From NCBI GenBank assembly GCA_040220235.1, contig JAVJTO010000035.1: a stretch of DNA of 57,008 bases. The stretch is one strand, 5' to 3'. The stretch is from Coleofasciculus sp. B1-GNL1-01 (GTDB taxonomy: Bacteria; Cyanobacteriota; Cyanobacteriia; Cyanobacteriales; Coleofasciculaceae). A program made the position numbers and the translations under genes. The notes under the pieces are model-generated. The model was not told the origin of the DNA. It saw only the letters and a program-made list of their open reading frames with translations, and did no database searches. Below are positions 1-10,099 of the stretch, piece after piece (position 1 is the first letter of the stretch; each line of letters begins with the position of its first letter).

Positions 1-236
1 AAAGTCTCACGGTGTAATACTTGTAGGTTAGGTTGACGAAGGGAACCCAACTAATTAAGCGATTAAGCTAGGTTTTCTTCAAATCAAGCCAATCGCTACA
101 CATATAAGGAAAATTTATCACCTTATGTACGGGAGAGCCAAATTTTTTTCCAGTTAACTGCATAAATCGCAAAACTCGCTCCTAATAAGCCAGTTAAAGG
201 GTTTGAGGTGTTTCAATAGCACTATTTTTTTTGCAG

Positions 237-374
237 ATGAACAATTACAACGAACCAATCACCAAGACTCTCTACCTATCACTCTTGAAAATCAACGGCG
301 ATCAGTCTACTAGTTCTACTCAGGATGAAGATGATGAAGATGAAGATGATGTGCCAATTGTTCCTAATCCTTGA
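237..374 (+). CDS. Possible 45-aa small acidic peptide (MNNYNEPITK...QDEDDEDEDDVPIVPNP)
   Basis: ATG at 237 to TGA at 374, translated by hand; below the ORF-track cutoff; no family recognised. Confidence 0.3.
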   Translation: MNNYNEPITKTLYLSLLKINGDQSTSSTQDEDDEDEDDVPIVPNP

Positions 375-418
375 TCTCGAACTCTAGTACCGCTACCTTG
401 AAAGGAAAAAGCCATTAT

Positions 419-1546
419 CTATTCAGACGTTGTGGAAATATCAGCGTAATTACCTGAAGCTTTTAGGCGTTCGCGTGCCTGAAACTGCCAGAAATCTAAT
501 TCCGGAGATCTCCAAGCGACTTCTTTTTGTCTCTTGTCTCTGGTGTCATAGGTAAGGCAGTTTGCCCATGATACCAGAGCGCTTTCCTCGTCCCCTTGAA
601 TTTCTTGCACTTGTGCGAGTAAACAGTAACTAGCCGCACGTTCGCTATCTAATTCAATTGCCTTTTGCAGGTGATATTGGGCGTCAGAATAGTGCTTTTG
701 CAGCAGATACGCCCAACCCAAATTTTTGTGTACAGAGGATTTTACGGAAGCATCCTTAACTTGCGTTACTCTTGGCAAGAGCCGCTCAATCGTTGTAGCG
801 CTGTTTCCTGCCAAAATGTCTAAACGAGCCAGGTTACTCAGGGCAGCATCGGCGGCGCGTCCTTTGTGGTTGGCTGCTGCTTGGTAATGGTGGTAGGCAC
901 GCTCACTATCTTCCAACTTTTCATAGGTTGAACCCAGGTTGTAGTGAGCGCCGCCTAGGTTGGGATTAAATTCAATTGCCCACTGCAAGTAAAAGGCAGC
1001 ACGTTGAAAGTCCCCCTCTAGGTAATGTTCATAGCCAATTTTGTTGAGATTTTTAGCCATTTGCTTCCGTTTGGGTTCCTCGTTAATCAGTTGGCTGAAT
1101 GTTTTGAGGAGCTGCTCGCGGACAGGTTGGGTCATGGCGGGTAACTGCCAGATGACATCAGGTTCATTTTGAGAGTCTTCGGCTAACTTTGCTGACTCAG
1201 GGGTTTGGGCAGCCCCTATTTCAGTATCACTGGTGTCTTTGGCATTGGCTGTTTTGTGTGTCACCTGATTGGCAGTGACAGGGGTGGAGTCTGTGAGTAG
1301 TTCAGGTTTGTACTGTGCCACAAGCTTCGCGACTTCCAAGCGTTTGTAACGGCGCTCATCGGCATGGTCATTGTCTAACCCTAATGTTTGACAAATCCGT
1401 TCAATATGTTTTCTGACTGTAGCTTCTCCAATCTCCAGAGACTTGGCGATCGCTCCATCGGTTTCACCCGCCAATACTCGTCGTAACACCTGCTTGCGTC
1501 GGGGTGTTAACCGATTAAATGCTTCCTCGAACTCCTTTTGATCCAT
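419..1546 (-). CDS. LuxR-type HTH + TPR transcriptional regulator
   Basis: N-terminal LTPRRKQVL...IAKSLEIGEATVRKHIERI LuxR/GerE HTH; C-terminal TPRs (AHYNLG, VHKNLG); divergent from the exporter operon. Confidence 0.85.
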   Translation of the reverse strand: MDQKEFEEAFNRLTPRRKQVLRRVLAGETDGAIAKSLEIGEATVRKHIERICQTLGLDNDHADERRYKRLEVAKLVAQYKPELLTDSTPVTANQVTHKTANAKDTSDTEIGAAQTPESAKLAEDSQNEPDVIWQLPAMTQPVREQLLKTFSQLINEEPKRKQMAKNLNKIGYEHYLEGDFQRAAFYLQWAIEFNPNLGGAHYNLGSTYEKLEDSERAYHHYQAAANHKGRAADAALSNLARLDILAGNSATTIERLLPRVTQVKDASVKSSVHKNLGWAYLLQKHYSDAQYHLQKAIELDSERAASYCLLAQVQEIQGDEESALVSWANCLTYDTRDKRQKEVAWRSPELDFWQFQARERLKASGNYADISTTSE

Positions 1547-1704
1547 TCTGGTTCATCGCTTGCTAGCCCATCCACACTTGTGACTGTTACTTCCAAAGTG
1601 GGCTGTGACATTTATTTCTCCCCAATTCTAGCCGATATGCCTTCCCCTGTCTTTAGGGGGGTTAGTCTATTGCCGCAACTAGATTGACAACTCGCGAAAT
1701 AATT

Positions 1705-1738
1705 GTCACAATAGTGACCATTAAGTCACAAAAGTGAC
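1705..1738. promoter_or_regulatory. Tandem palindromic operators GTCAC-N4-GTGAC
   Basis: GTCACAATAGTGAC (1705-1718) and GTCACAAAAGTGAC (1725-1738), 20 bp apart, in the divergent intergenic region. Confidence 0.55.
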
Positions 1739-1835
1739 AAAAAAAGCTCACTTGTGACCGGATTGGCAAGGGGAAATCATCACCCTGATGGTTGACGCTC
1801 AGTGATTCGCCATAACTGAAATTCCATAAGGAGAG

Positions 1836-2408
1836 ATGACGGTGAAAACATCGGGTCAGTATCTAACACCATTTCAGCGCAAACTGCTGCAAAAAAGTCT
1901 GCAAGAGGATTTACCGGAAAAGTACCGCCAGCGGATTGAAATTATGTTGCTGGCAGATGAAGGGATATCTCAAGCCAAAATTTGTCAAACCTTGGGGTGT
2001 TGTCCAGCAACCGCACGACATTGGATACACATCGCCCGTGCGGGAATGGCACACCAATGGCAAGAGAGTCGGATTGGTCGCCCGAAGACGGTAAATGATC
2101 AGTATTTAGAGCGGTTGAAAGAACTGGTGAGCCATAGTCCCCGTGATTATGGCTATTCCTTTGGGCGCTGGACCGGGCAATGGTTAAGTAAGCATCTGGC
2201 GAAAGAATTGGGGATTGAGGTGAGCGATCGCAATGTTAACCTTTTGCTCAAGAAGATGGGACTCTCCACTCGACCCAAATCCGATTCAGCACCAGAGGTA
2301 ACGGAGTTGGAAACCCCTCAAGGCTCTCGAATCAGAATTGGGGACTTGCAATCGTCTTCCGAGTCCGAACTCCCGTGGTCACTCAATTTTATCAAGACCA
2401 GTAACTAA
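1836..2408 (+). CDS. Helix-turn-helix protein resembling the N-terminus of IS630 transposases (no DDE domain)
   Basis: GRPK...LKELVSHSPRDYGY...WT...L motif; stop codon 3 bp before the ABC transporter. Confidence 0.75.
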   Translation: MTVKTSGQYLTPFQRKLLQKSLQEDLPEKYRQRIEIMLLADEGISQAKICQTLGCCPATARHWIHIARAGMAHQWQESRIGRPKTVNDQYLERLKELVSHSPRDYGYSFGRWTGQWLSKHLAKELGIEVSDRNVNLLLKKMGLSTRPKSDSAPEVTELETPQGSRIRIGDLQSSSESELPWSLNFIKTSN

Positions 2409-2411
2409 CTC

Positions 2412-5165
2412 ATGGTTCAGAAGTCATCAGCCTTTTCTCAGCAACAGCTTAGTCAACAGCTTGCCCAAACCTTGGGACAAACACTTTCCGATGCGGAACT
2501 CTTAAACTGTTTTCAGCAGATTCAAATTCTAGAGCCAACCCCAGGCAAACGGTTCTGGCAGACAGCAGAGGCGACGGTGGGACTCTATATTATTTTGGCG
2601 GGTAAAGTCAGACTGCTCAATAGTACAGATGATTTAATTACGTCACTAGAGACAGGGGCGTCATTTGGTGAACTCACGCTGTTTCCAGAGGAGGAATTCC
2701 ACCCCTATGCGGCTAGGGCTTCCGTCAAGTTGAGGCTTTGCTATATTCCTGGTGATGTTTTGCGATCGCTCATTCGCCAGTATCCCTCGATAAAAGAGCA
2801 TTTGTACTCATCCGCAGTACGCCGAGATTCACAGGTGAGGGGGGCAAACGCCAGCCAATCCACTGACAACCCATCGGTTACAGAATATGCCCGTCAGTCT
2901 GAGGCGGTTGTCTTGTCTCAACGGTCTGAGGAACAAAAACCCCAGTCCCAGATAAGTCGAGCGTACTTCCCCAACCCTACCGTAAAAGTGGGTCAGTGGT
3001 GGGGGCGAATCACCCGGCGCTATCCCTTCTTTGCCCAGCAAAGTGCCTCGGATTGCGGTGCGGCTTGTCTGGTGATGGTGGGGCGTTACTGGGGGAAGCG
3101 GTTTAGTGTGAATCGCCTGCGGGATATTGCCAATGTTGACCGTAATGGGGCGTCACTGCGGGGGTTAGCCGCTGCGGCTGAGAGTATTGGGTTTACCACT
3201 CGTCCGGTAAAAGCCAGTCTGAATAAACTGGCTGAACAACGGTTACCGGCGATTGTCCATTGGCAAGGGAAGCACTATATTGTCGTTTATGAGGTGACTC
3301 GCGATCGCGTGATTGTTGCTGATCCGGCTATTGGTCAGCGTAGCCTAACTCATGCCCAATTTAAAGCGGATTGGACGGGCTATACCTTATTACTCCAGCC
3401 TACAGCGTTGCTCAAGCAGGCTCAAGAAGCCAGCACCCCCTTCTGGCAATTCTTTGAACTGGTGAAACCCCACCAACTGGTGTTGCTGGAGGTGTTGATT
3501 GCTTCGGTTCTGATTCAGATTTTTGGACTGATCACACCCCTATTTACTCAGTTGCTGTTGGATCGGGTGGTGGTACAGCGCAGCACGTTGACGTTAACCG
3601 CCGTCGGGTTAGGGTTACTCATCTTTGGCTTGTTTCGAGTCGCCATAACTGGACTGCGGCAGTACCTTTTAGATCATACCGCCAACCGAGTCGATTTAGC
3701 GCTGATTGTCGGGTTTATTAGCCATACCTTCCGGCTTCCCTTGAGTTTCTTTGAGTCTCGTTATGTGGGAGACATCATTTCCCGTGTCCAGGAAAATCGC
3801 AAGATTCAGCGTTTTCTTACGGGGGAAGCCCTATCCATTCTGCTGGATTTACTGACGGTATTTATCTATGTGGGATTGATGTTTTGGTACAGTTGGAAGA
3901 TGGCACTATTAACGTTAGTTATTGTACCACCCTTTGTGGTATTGGCGTTAATTGCCACACCGTTTTTACAGCGAGTTTCCCGTGAGATTTTTGGGGCTTA
4001 TACGGAGGAAACGGGCTACTTAATCCAATCCCTGACGGGGATTCGTACTGTCAAATCCATGGCAGTTGAGCAGACGGTGCGCTGGCATTGGGAGGATTTG
4101 TTTGGCAAGTCGATTAAAACGTCCTTTTCTGGACAGGTGATTGGCAATACACTCCAGACATTTAGCTTAACCATTGAAGCCGTCGTCACGACAGCCTTAC
4201 TCTGGTTTGGCGCGTGGCTGGTGATTCAAAATGAACTTACGATTGGGCAATTAGTCGCGTTTAATATGTTGCTGGGGAATGTAATTCGTCCCTTTCAGCG
4301 GCTGATTGTGTTGTGGAATGATTTGCAGGAAGTCGTGATTGCGGTGGAGCGAATTAATGATGTGATTGACACTGAAACCGAGGAAGATTTACACTCCTCA
4401 TCTCGTCAATTTTTACCCCCAATTCGCGGACATATTCGGTTTGAGCAAGTCACGTTTCGTTACCATCCCGAAAGTGATATGAATACGCTAGAAAATGTCA
4501 GTTTTGACGTGCACCCCGGGCAAATGGTGGCGCTGGTTGGGCGTAGTGGTTCGGGGAAAACGACGATTTCTAAACTGGTTTTGGGGCTCTATCCTGCGAC
4601 TGAAGGGAAGATTCTCGTTGATGGCTACGATGTTACCAGTTTATCCCTGCGATCGCTCCGTCAGCAAATTGGTGTGGTTGACCAGGATACGTTTCTATTT
4701 GGGGGTACAATTCGGGACAATATTACAGTGGGTCATCCAGAAGCTACGTTGGATGATGTGATTGACGCGGCTAAACAGGCGGGGGCGCATCAGTTTATTA
4801 AAGAATTGCCGATGGCTTATGAAACCCAAATCGGTGAAGGGGGAGGAATGCTATCGGGGGGACAACGACAGCGTCTTGCGATTGCTCGTGCTTTATTAGG
4901 AAATCCGCGATTGTTGATTTTAGATGAAGCGACGAGTAATTTGGATGCTGAATCGGAACGGATTATTCAGACTAATTTGAATACGATTCTCACGGATAGG
5001 ACAACGTTGGTGATTGCTCATCGTTTGTCAACAGTCCGCAATGCTGACCGAATTTTGGTGTTAGATAGAGGGGTTTTGGTGGAAAGTGGAACTCACGATG
5101 AATTAATGGCAAAGCGGGGTCAGTATTTCTATCTCAATCAGCAGCAACTGACTGTGACAGGTTGA
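2412..5165 (+). CDS. Peptidase-containing ABC transporter (cNMP-binding-like + C39 + ABC; HlyB/HetC-like)
   Basis: QQSASDCG and HWQGKHYIV C39 catalytic motifs, GRSGSGKT Walker A, LSGGQRQ signature, ILDEATS. Confidence 0.95.
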   Translation: MVQKSSAFSQQQLSQQLAQTLGQTLSDAELLNCFQQIQILEPTPGKRFWQTAEATVGLYIILAGKVRLLNSTDDLITSLETGASFGELTLFPEEEFHPYAARASVKLRLCYIPGDVLRSLIRQYPSIKEHLYSSAVRRDSQVRGANASQSTDNPSVTEYARQSEAVVLSQRSEEQKPQSQISRAYFPNPTVKVGQWWGRITRRYPFFAQQSASDCGAACLVMVGRYWGKRFSVNRLRDIANVDRNGASLRGLAAAAESIGFTTRPVKASLNKLAEQRLPAIVHWQGKHYIVVYEVTRDRVIVADPAIGQRSLTHAQFKADWTGYTLLLQPTALLKQAQEASTPFWQFFELVKPHQLVLLEVLIASVLIQIFGLITPLFTQLLLDRVVVQRSTLTLTAVGLGLLIFGLFRVAITGLRQYLLDHTANRVDLALIVGFISHTFRLPLSFFESRYVGDIISRVQENRKIQRFLTGEALSILLDLLTVFIYVGLMFWYSWKMALLTLVIVPPFVVLALIATPFLQRVSREIFGAYTEETGYLIQSLTGIRTVKSMAVEQTVRWHWEDLFGKSIKTSFSGQVIGNTLQTFSLTIEAVVTTALLWFGAWLVIQNELTIGQLVAFNMLLGNVIRPFQRLIVLWNDLQEVVIAVERINDVIDTETEEDLHSSSRQFLPPIRGHIRFEQVTFRYHPESDMNTLENVSFDVHPGQMVALVGRSGSGKTTISKLVLGLYPATEGKILVDGYDVTSLSLRSLRQQIGVVDQDTFLFGGTIRDNITVGHPEATLDDVIDAAKQAGAHQFIKELPMAYETQIGEGGGMLSGGQRQRLAIARALLGNPRLLILDEATSNLDAESERIIQTNLNTILTDRTTLVIAHRLSTVRNADRILVLDRGVLVESGTHDELMAKRGQYFYLNQQQLTVTG

Positions 5166-5343
5166 ATAAAAGGCTAATCGCTAATGGGAATTCGAGACTG
5201 TCTAGTGTATAAAATAGTGCTTTGTTTGTAGTAAGCACTTTAGTGCTATAACGCATAACTGGAGAGGGCTAAAGTTCCCTCAATGCAAAACAAATTTATC
5301 CCACAATTAACTGACAGGCTTTCCTTGGAAATTCCAATGAACA

Positions 5344-6945
5344 ATGAACAATGAACAATTAACAATCAACACTAATATGCCCAACCTATCGACACAGGAA
5401 CCAGGGAGTCGGAATGGTCACTATCCTCGTGGTCAAGAACAGACTGAAGCGATTATGACCAATAATCCGACTCAAACAGCACCGCCAAAGCTGGTAAACT
5501 CATCTGAACTGATTAATGAAGATTGGTCATCATTGACCAAGGAACTAATTGATACCTTACCGCGAGTCTGGACGCGAGGGTTGCTGTATTTCTTAGTCAT
5601 GTTTGCCGGGATTGTATTACCCTGGGCAATGCTATCTAAGGTAGATGAAACCGGGAGTGCCAGAGGGCGACTAGAGCCGCAGGGGAATGTGTTTAAAGTG
5701 GATGCACCCGTGGCGGGGACAGTAGCTAAGGTTTTAGTCAAGGAAGGTCAATTGGTAACAAACAAGCAGCCGTTACTGGAACTGGAATCTGAGGAGATTA
5801 AGAGCGAACTTCAGCAAGCTCAGACGAGATTAGAAGGGCAACAAAATCGGCTGGCGCAGTTGGAATTAATGAAAAACCAATTACTTCTGGGAGTTCGCGC
5901 TCAACAGCAACAGAATCAGGCTCAAGCATTGGAAAAACAGGCTCAAGTAGAGCAAGCACGGCAGAATTTGGAATCTCTCAGGAATTCTTACAATTTACAA
6001 AAAGAGGAGAAACTGGCGCAAGTCAATCAGGCAAAGAAAAACCTTGACTATAGCCAAACTGCCTTGAATTTAGCCGAAATTCGTTTAACTAAAGCACAAA
6101 GAGAAGTCCAACGTTACCGCCAAATTCAGGAGCAAGGTGTGGTGCCCGAAATTAAGGTGGTTGAACAGGAAGATTTGGCTCAAGAACGGCAACGATTACA
6201 GGAACAAGCGGAGTCGGATGTGCAGCAAGCGAAGCTGCGGAAGGAAGAGCAACAAAGCAGCTATCAGAGGATTATTTATCAAGCCCAGTCTGATATTGAG
6301 CAAGCTAAACTGCGCTTACAAGAGCAGCAAAAGAGCTATCAGAGTTTGATTCATTCGGGGGAACTGGCTATGCTTAGGAGTGAAGAACAGCTCAAAGAAC
6401 TGCAAACCCAAATTACGACGCTTAAAGCCGAAATTTCTCAGAGCAAAAGTCAGATTCAAGCGTGGGAATTTCAGTTAGGACAACGAGTGTTACGCGCCCC
6501 CGTGAGTGGGACAGTTTTTCAGTTGCCGATTCAACGAACTGGGGCGGTAGTACAACCGACTACCTTAATTGCTGAAATTGCGCCCAAGAATGCTTCTCTT
6601 ATCCTGCGGGCGCAGATGGCGACATCTGAAAGTGGGACGCTGCGTGAAGGGATGCCTGTCAAGATGAAGTTTGATGCTTATCCGTTTCAAGATTACGGGG
6701 TAGTCGAAGGAACGGTGAGTCAGATTTCACCTACGTCTAAGGTGACGGAAACTGAGCAGGGTCAGATAGCGACGTTTGACCTGGAAATTGAGTTGAAACA
6801 GAGTTGTATTCAAACCTCACAAGGTTGTACAGATTTAGCGGCTGGACAGACGGCAATAGCTGAGGTAATTGTCCGGCAGCGTCGCATTATTGATTTTATT
6901 CTTGATCCGTTTAAGAAGTTGCAAAAAGGGGGGTTAGAACTTTAA
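5344..6945 (+). CDS. HlyD-family secretion adaptor
   Basis: Single TM segment, lipoyl-like APVAGTV motif, long coiled coil, DAYPFQDYG; true start may be slightly downstream. Confidence 0.92.
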   Translation: MNNEQLTINTNMPNLSTQEPGSRNGHYPRGQEQTEAIMTNNPTQTAPPKLVNSSELINEDWSSLTKELIDTLPRVWTRGLLYFLVMFAGIVLPWAMLSKVDETGSARGRLEPQGNVFKVDAPVAGTVAKVLVKEGQLVTNKQPLLELESEEIKSELQQAQTRLEGQQNRLAQLELMKNQLLLGVRAQQQQNQAQALEKQAQVEQARQNLESLRNSYNLQKEEKLAQVNQAKKNLDYSQTALNLAEIRLTKAQREVQRYRQIQEQGVVPEIKVVEQEDLAQERQRLQEQAESDVQQAKLRKEEQQSSYQRIIYQAQSDIEQAKLRLQEQQKSYQSLIHSGELAMLRSEEQLKELQTQITTLKAEISQSKSQIQAWEFQLGQRVLRAPVSGTVFQLPIQRTGAVVQPTTLIAEIAPKNASLILRAQMATSESGTLREGMPVKMKFDAYPFQDYGVVEGTVSQISPTSKVTETEQGQIATFDLEIELKQSCIQTSQGCTDLAAGQTAIAEVIVRQRRIIDFILDPFKKLQKGGLEL

Positions 6946-7124
6946 TTTTTTTTTGGACTATGGATTCGGATTTACAGAAAAATTAGTCCCGTGAAATCGG
7001 CGGGTTGAAATAGACAGTCAATAACCTAATTGAGGAGCTTAGTTTTTACAGTATGTGGTGCAACGAAGGAAGGTTATTTTTAAGTAATAGTGGCGTAGCA
7101 CATCTTAATTGGTGGATTAGCATT

Positions 7125-7188
7125 GTAGGGGCGGGTTTCACTACTATCTTTTCGGTTTCCCCAAGATATGACTAAACCCGCCCCGACT
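7125..7188. repeat. REP-like palindromic element (GTAGGGGCGGGTTT...AAACCCGCCCCGAC)
   Basis: Inverted arms; related copies at about 32297-32357 and 37614-37676. Confidence 0.7.
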
Positions 7189-7234
7189 CAGGTTTATAGA
7201 CTTGCCTTGAAAACTTAGAATTGAGGAGTATATC

Positions 7235-7942
7235 ATGTTACAAGCAATTACTATTTCCCATGAGGATATTCTGCATCAAGTTAAGCTATCCTGTCAGATT
7301 CCTGACATAGTTGAGCAAATTGTTACTCGCAAGATTATTGCGAATGCGGCAGAAGAGGCAGGAATTAAAGTAGAGACGGAGGAACTCCAGAAAGCAGCTA
7401 ATAAATTCCGGTTAATGAACAAACTCCGGAGTGCTGACGATACCTGGGCATGGCTGCAAAAACATAATCTGTCTTTAGATGAATTTGAAGAAATTGTCTA
7501 CAACAGGCTCATGTCTACGAAGTTGGCTGCCCATCTTTTTGCAAATAAAATTGAACCATACTTTTTTGAACACCAGCTAGATTATGCTGGCGTGGTCATG
7601 TATGAGGTCATCCTGGATGATAAAGATTTAGCAATGGAACTCTTCTATACGATTCAGGAAGGTGAGATGAGTTTCTATGAGGTGGCTCATCAATATATTC
7701 AGGATATCGAGTTACGTCGAAAGGGGGGATATCGGGGAATAGTACGCCGCAAGGAGCTGAAGCCGGAGATTTCTGCTGTTGTCTTTGTCGCTACTCCTCC
7801 CCAGATGGTCAAACCCATCGTGACTTCTAAGGGAGTACATCTGATTTTGGTAGAGGAGTTGATTCAACCGCAATTGGATAATATGCTGCGCCATCAGATT
7901 TTTTCACATTTGTTTTCTGCCTGGGTTAAGCAACAAGTTTAG
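7235..7942 (+). CDS. PpiC/parvulin-like peptidylprolyl isomerase (bacteriocin-cluster associated)
   Basis: SurA-like N-terminus plus RKGGYRG...PIVTSKGVHLI rotamase motif. Confidence 0.85.
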   Translation: MLQAITISHEDILHQVKLSCQIPDIVEQIVTRKIIANAAEEAGIKVETEELQKAANKFRLMNKLRSADDTWAWLQKHNLSLDEFEEIVYNRLMSTKLAAHLFANKIEPYFFEHQLDYAGVVMYEVILDDKDLAMELFYTIQEGEMSFYEVAHQYIQDIELRRKGGYRGIVRRKELKPEISAVVFVATPPQMVKPIVTSKGVHLILVEELIQPQLDNMLRHQIFSHLFSAWVKQQV

Positions 7943-8043
7943 CCACTTGAGACCGTTTGATTGTTATAAAATATCCCGTATTTGCACGAGATATTTTTCA
8001 AGTTCATGTAAATTTTTAATAGGTAAATATTAAAAATTTACAT

Positions 8044-8077
8044 AAAAAACCCAAGATCAATCGAGTAATCTTGGGTT
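8044..8077 (-). terminator. Probable intrinsic terminator downstream of the precursor gene
   Basis: AACCCAAGAT-N10-ATCTTGGGTT hairpin followed by a T-run on the minus strand. Confidence 0.5.
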
Positions 8078-8264
8078 AAGGAAGATTTGCTGAATTTACT
8101 TAACGGCCTTGGCGCTCAGTCGAGGCTTTCAAACAATAAGCTGTTCGTCATTTATTTGGCACACGCCTAATATGCCATCAAGGAGCTTAACATCTCATTA
8201 ATCAAGCTAAATGAACAACTGCTTAGAAGCACCAGAGTTCCAGAATGACCGTGAATTATTATCT

Positions 8265-8450
8265 TCACCAGTAAATGCAAACGGCGCTATAGAGTAAAAC
8301 AAAGCCGCCATTGGCCTTTCCAGGCGCTATGGTATCTCCACCAAACACATCCCCAATTTCCTGATCCGTTAGCTGATGGAGAAAGCTTTCGGAATCCAGG
8401 AACAGGTCAGCACCAACGGGACGTACATCAGAAATTGTAATACTAGCCAT
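8265..8450 (-). CDS. RiPP precursor peptide with double-glycine leader
   Basis: Leader ...ESFLHQLTDQEIGDVFGG; core DTIAPGKANGGFVLLYSAVCIYW; AGGAG RBS; next to a C39 exporter. Confidence 0.85.
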   Translation of the reverse strand: MASITISDVRPVGADLFLDSESFLHQLTDQEIGDVFGGDTIAPGKANGGFVLLYSAVCIYW

Positions 8451-8893
8451 TTGGAAATATACTCCTAACTAAAGTTGTTGCAGTTGGGATTAGACTTTGA
8501 ATTGCCTCATCCCATTTATATATTATGGTATTTGTTCTAGTTTTTCAACTGTAATATAAATATTTTATGGAAATAAAATATTTATTGCTTATTTGCTGCA
8601 CTATTTAAGTATAAAGCAATCAAATAAATTAAAATAAATCTTGTTTAACAAGGTGTTTCAACGAAAAATTAATAATTTATTTTTTATGTCAACATCCATT
8701 TATTAATTTGCTTTTAACACTAAAAAAATATAAAAATTCAACCCAAACTTTATCTTGGGTTAAAGCAACCGAGTGAGTTCCTATCTGAATCTGAGAATCG
8801 TCAAAGGATGACTTATTGCTGCTGCTTGCATTACTCAAAGTCATCTGGTAGCTTTGCTTAACCAGCAGTCGGCGTCGCCACAATTTTGGAGTA

Positions 8894-10015
8894 TCAGTTG
8901 CATAAGTCTATTGGCGTGTAGATGTCTTCAGAGTTAGCATTGAGGTAGGCACGCTGCCAGTCAATTCCCAGGAGGGAGAATTGCTGAAGTATAGAGGTCA
9001 TCTTCCCCTCTGGGGAATCATCCCCTTGATGCCAAGCATCCAGCAACCCATTCGCCACAATTTGACACCGATTCATGCCAAAGCTTTCCTTTTGAGCGAA
9101 TTTTTGGTCGGGTTCCTCTGCCAACCCTAACCCCGGTGCAAGCGGCATGGTAAATAAGGGAATCTCTGGCTGAAAATACGCTTGATTCTCTCCATACAAA
9201 GCCTGTAAAACTTCTCTAACTCCCTGATAATCACTCTTGTCAAAGTACAGTACCCCTGAATCGTGACGTCCGTAGTTTTTTGGATTGTACAAAACCTTGA
9301 AATTGAAAGGAATCGCCTTCTCATTTAGCCGCCGCGTCAGGCTACCCATCACCGCAACTGCACCTTCAGAAGTCAAATTGAAGTAAATTCGCACCGTTAC
9401 CGACTCACCTTTTGAATCGTCTTGACGATTTGACCCCACATTACCAACCGCCATATAAAAGCCATTTTGCACAAAATTCTTAGGCATCCGGATAGCCACC
9501 GAATCACCCACAACAGTAGCTTGCTCAAATGATTGAAGATGCTTATCTCGCTCAATATGTAGCCTCAAACTCCCATTCGTCACCGCTAAACTGCCATCAC
9601 TTTCCTCCCTGAAAACATACCAACCTCTGTCAAAGTAGCCAGTACCGCTATTGCTTTGATGCAATCGCTGATAAAATCCCAAATCTACTCCCATAAAGGT
9701 ATTGTTCTCTAGATCTAGTGCCAAAGGATTTGCATCCGCCTCTGGTGCGAGGGCAGTTCGCATCGAGCCATTGTAATAGATACCGTAGAGAAAACTCCGC
9801 AGTTGCAAGCTCAGATATTTCTGCTGAATATCCCCAGGCATTTTCTGAAAACGGGCAACCACCTCAGCAGGCAGTTCAAAGGGTTTGTAATCAGGATGGC
9901 GAATCGAGAAATCAGACTGAATCTCAACCTTATTAACAATATCATCCAGAACATCGAGTAATCGCCCAGTTGCCTCAGTTGTTCGCTGAGTTTGAAGAGA
10001 ATCGAGTAATTGCAT
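8894..10015 (-). CDS. HopA1-like phospho-Ser/Thr lyase (LanY-like)
   Basis: VRIYFNL, FNFKVL, RHDSGVLY, PLFT..LAPGLGLAEEP, ESFGMNRC motifs. Confidence 0.85.
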   Translation of the reverse strand: MQLLDSLQTQRTTEATGRLLDVLDDIVNKVEIQSDFSIRHPDYKPFELPAEVVARFQKMPGDIQQKYLSLQLRSFLYGIYYNGSMRTALAPEADANPLALDLENNTFMGVDLGFYQRLHQSNSGTGYFDRGWYVFREESDGSLAVTNGSLRLHIERDKHLQSFEQATVVGDSVAIRMPKNFVQNGFYMAVGNVGSNRQDDSKGESVTVRIYFNLTSEGAVAVMGSLTRRLNEKAIPFNFKVLYNPKNYGRHDSGVLYFDKSDYQGVREVLQALYGENQAYFQPEIPLFTMPLAPGLGLAEEPDQKFAQKESFGMNRCQIVANGLLDAWHQGDDSPEGKMTSILQQFSLLGIDWQRAYLNANSEDIYTPIDLCN

Positions 10016-10099
10016 AATCGTTTGTCACTAAATATCTTGGAACTTACGCTTTCTTGGCGGTACGGGCGCTACCTGTAGGGGTACGGCACTGCCGTACCC

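Noticed and set aside
1836..2408. Active IS630 transposon
   Set aside because: No DDE domain in the downstream frames and no terminal inverted repeats seen
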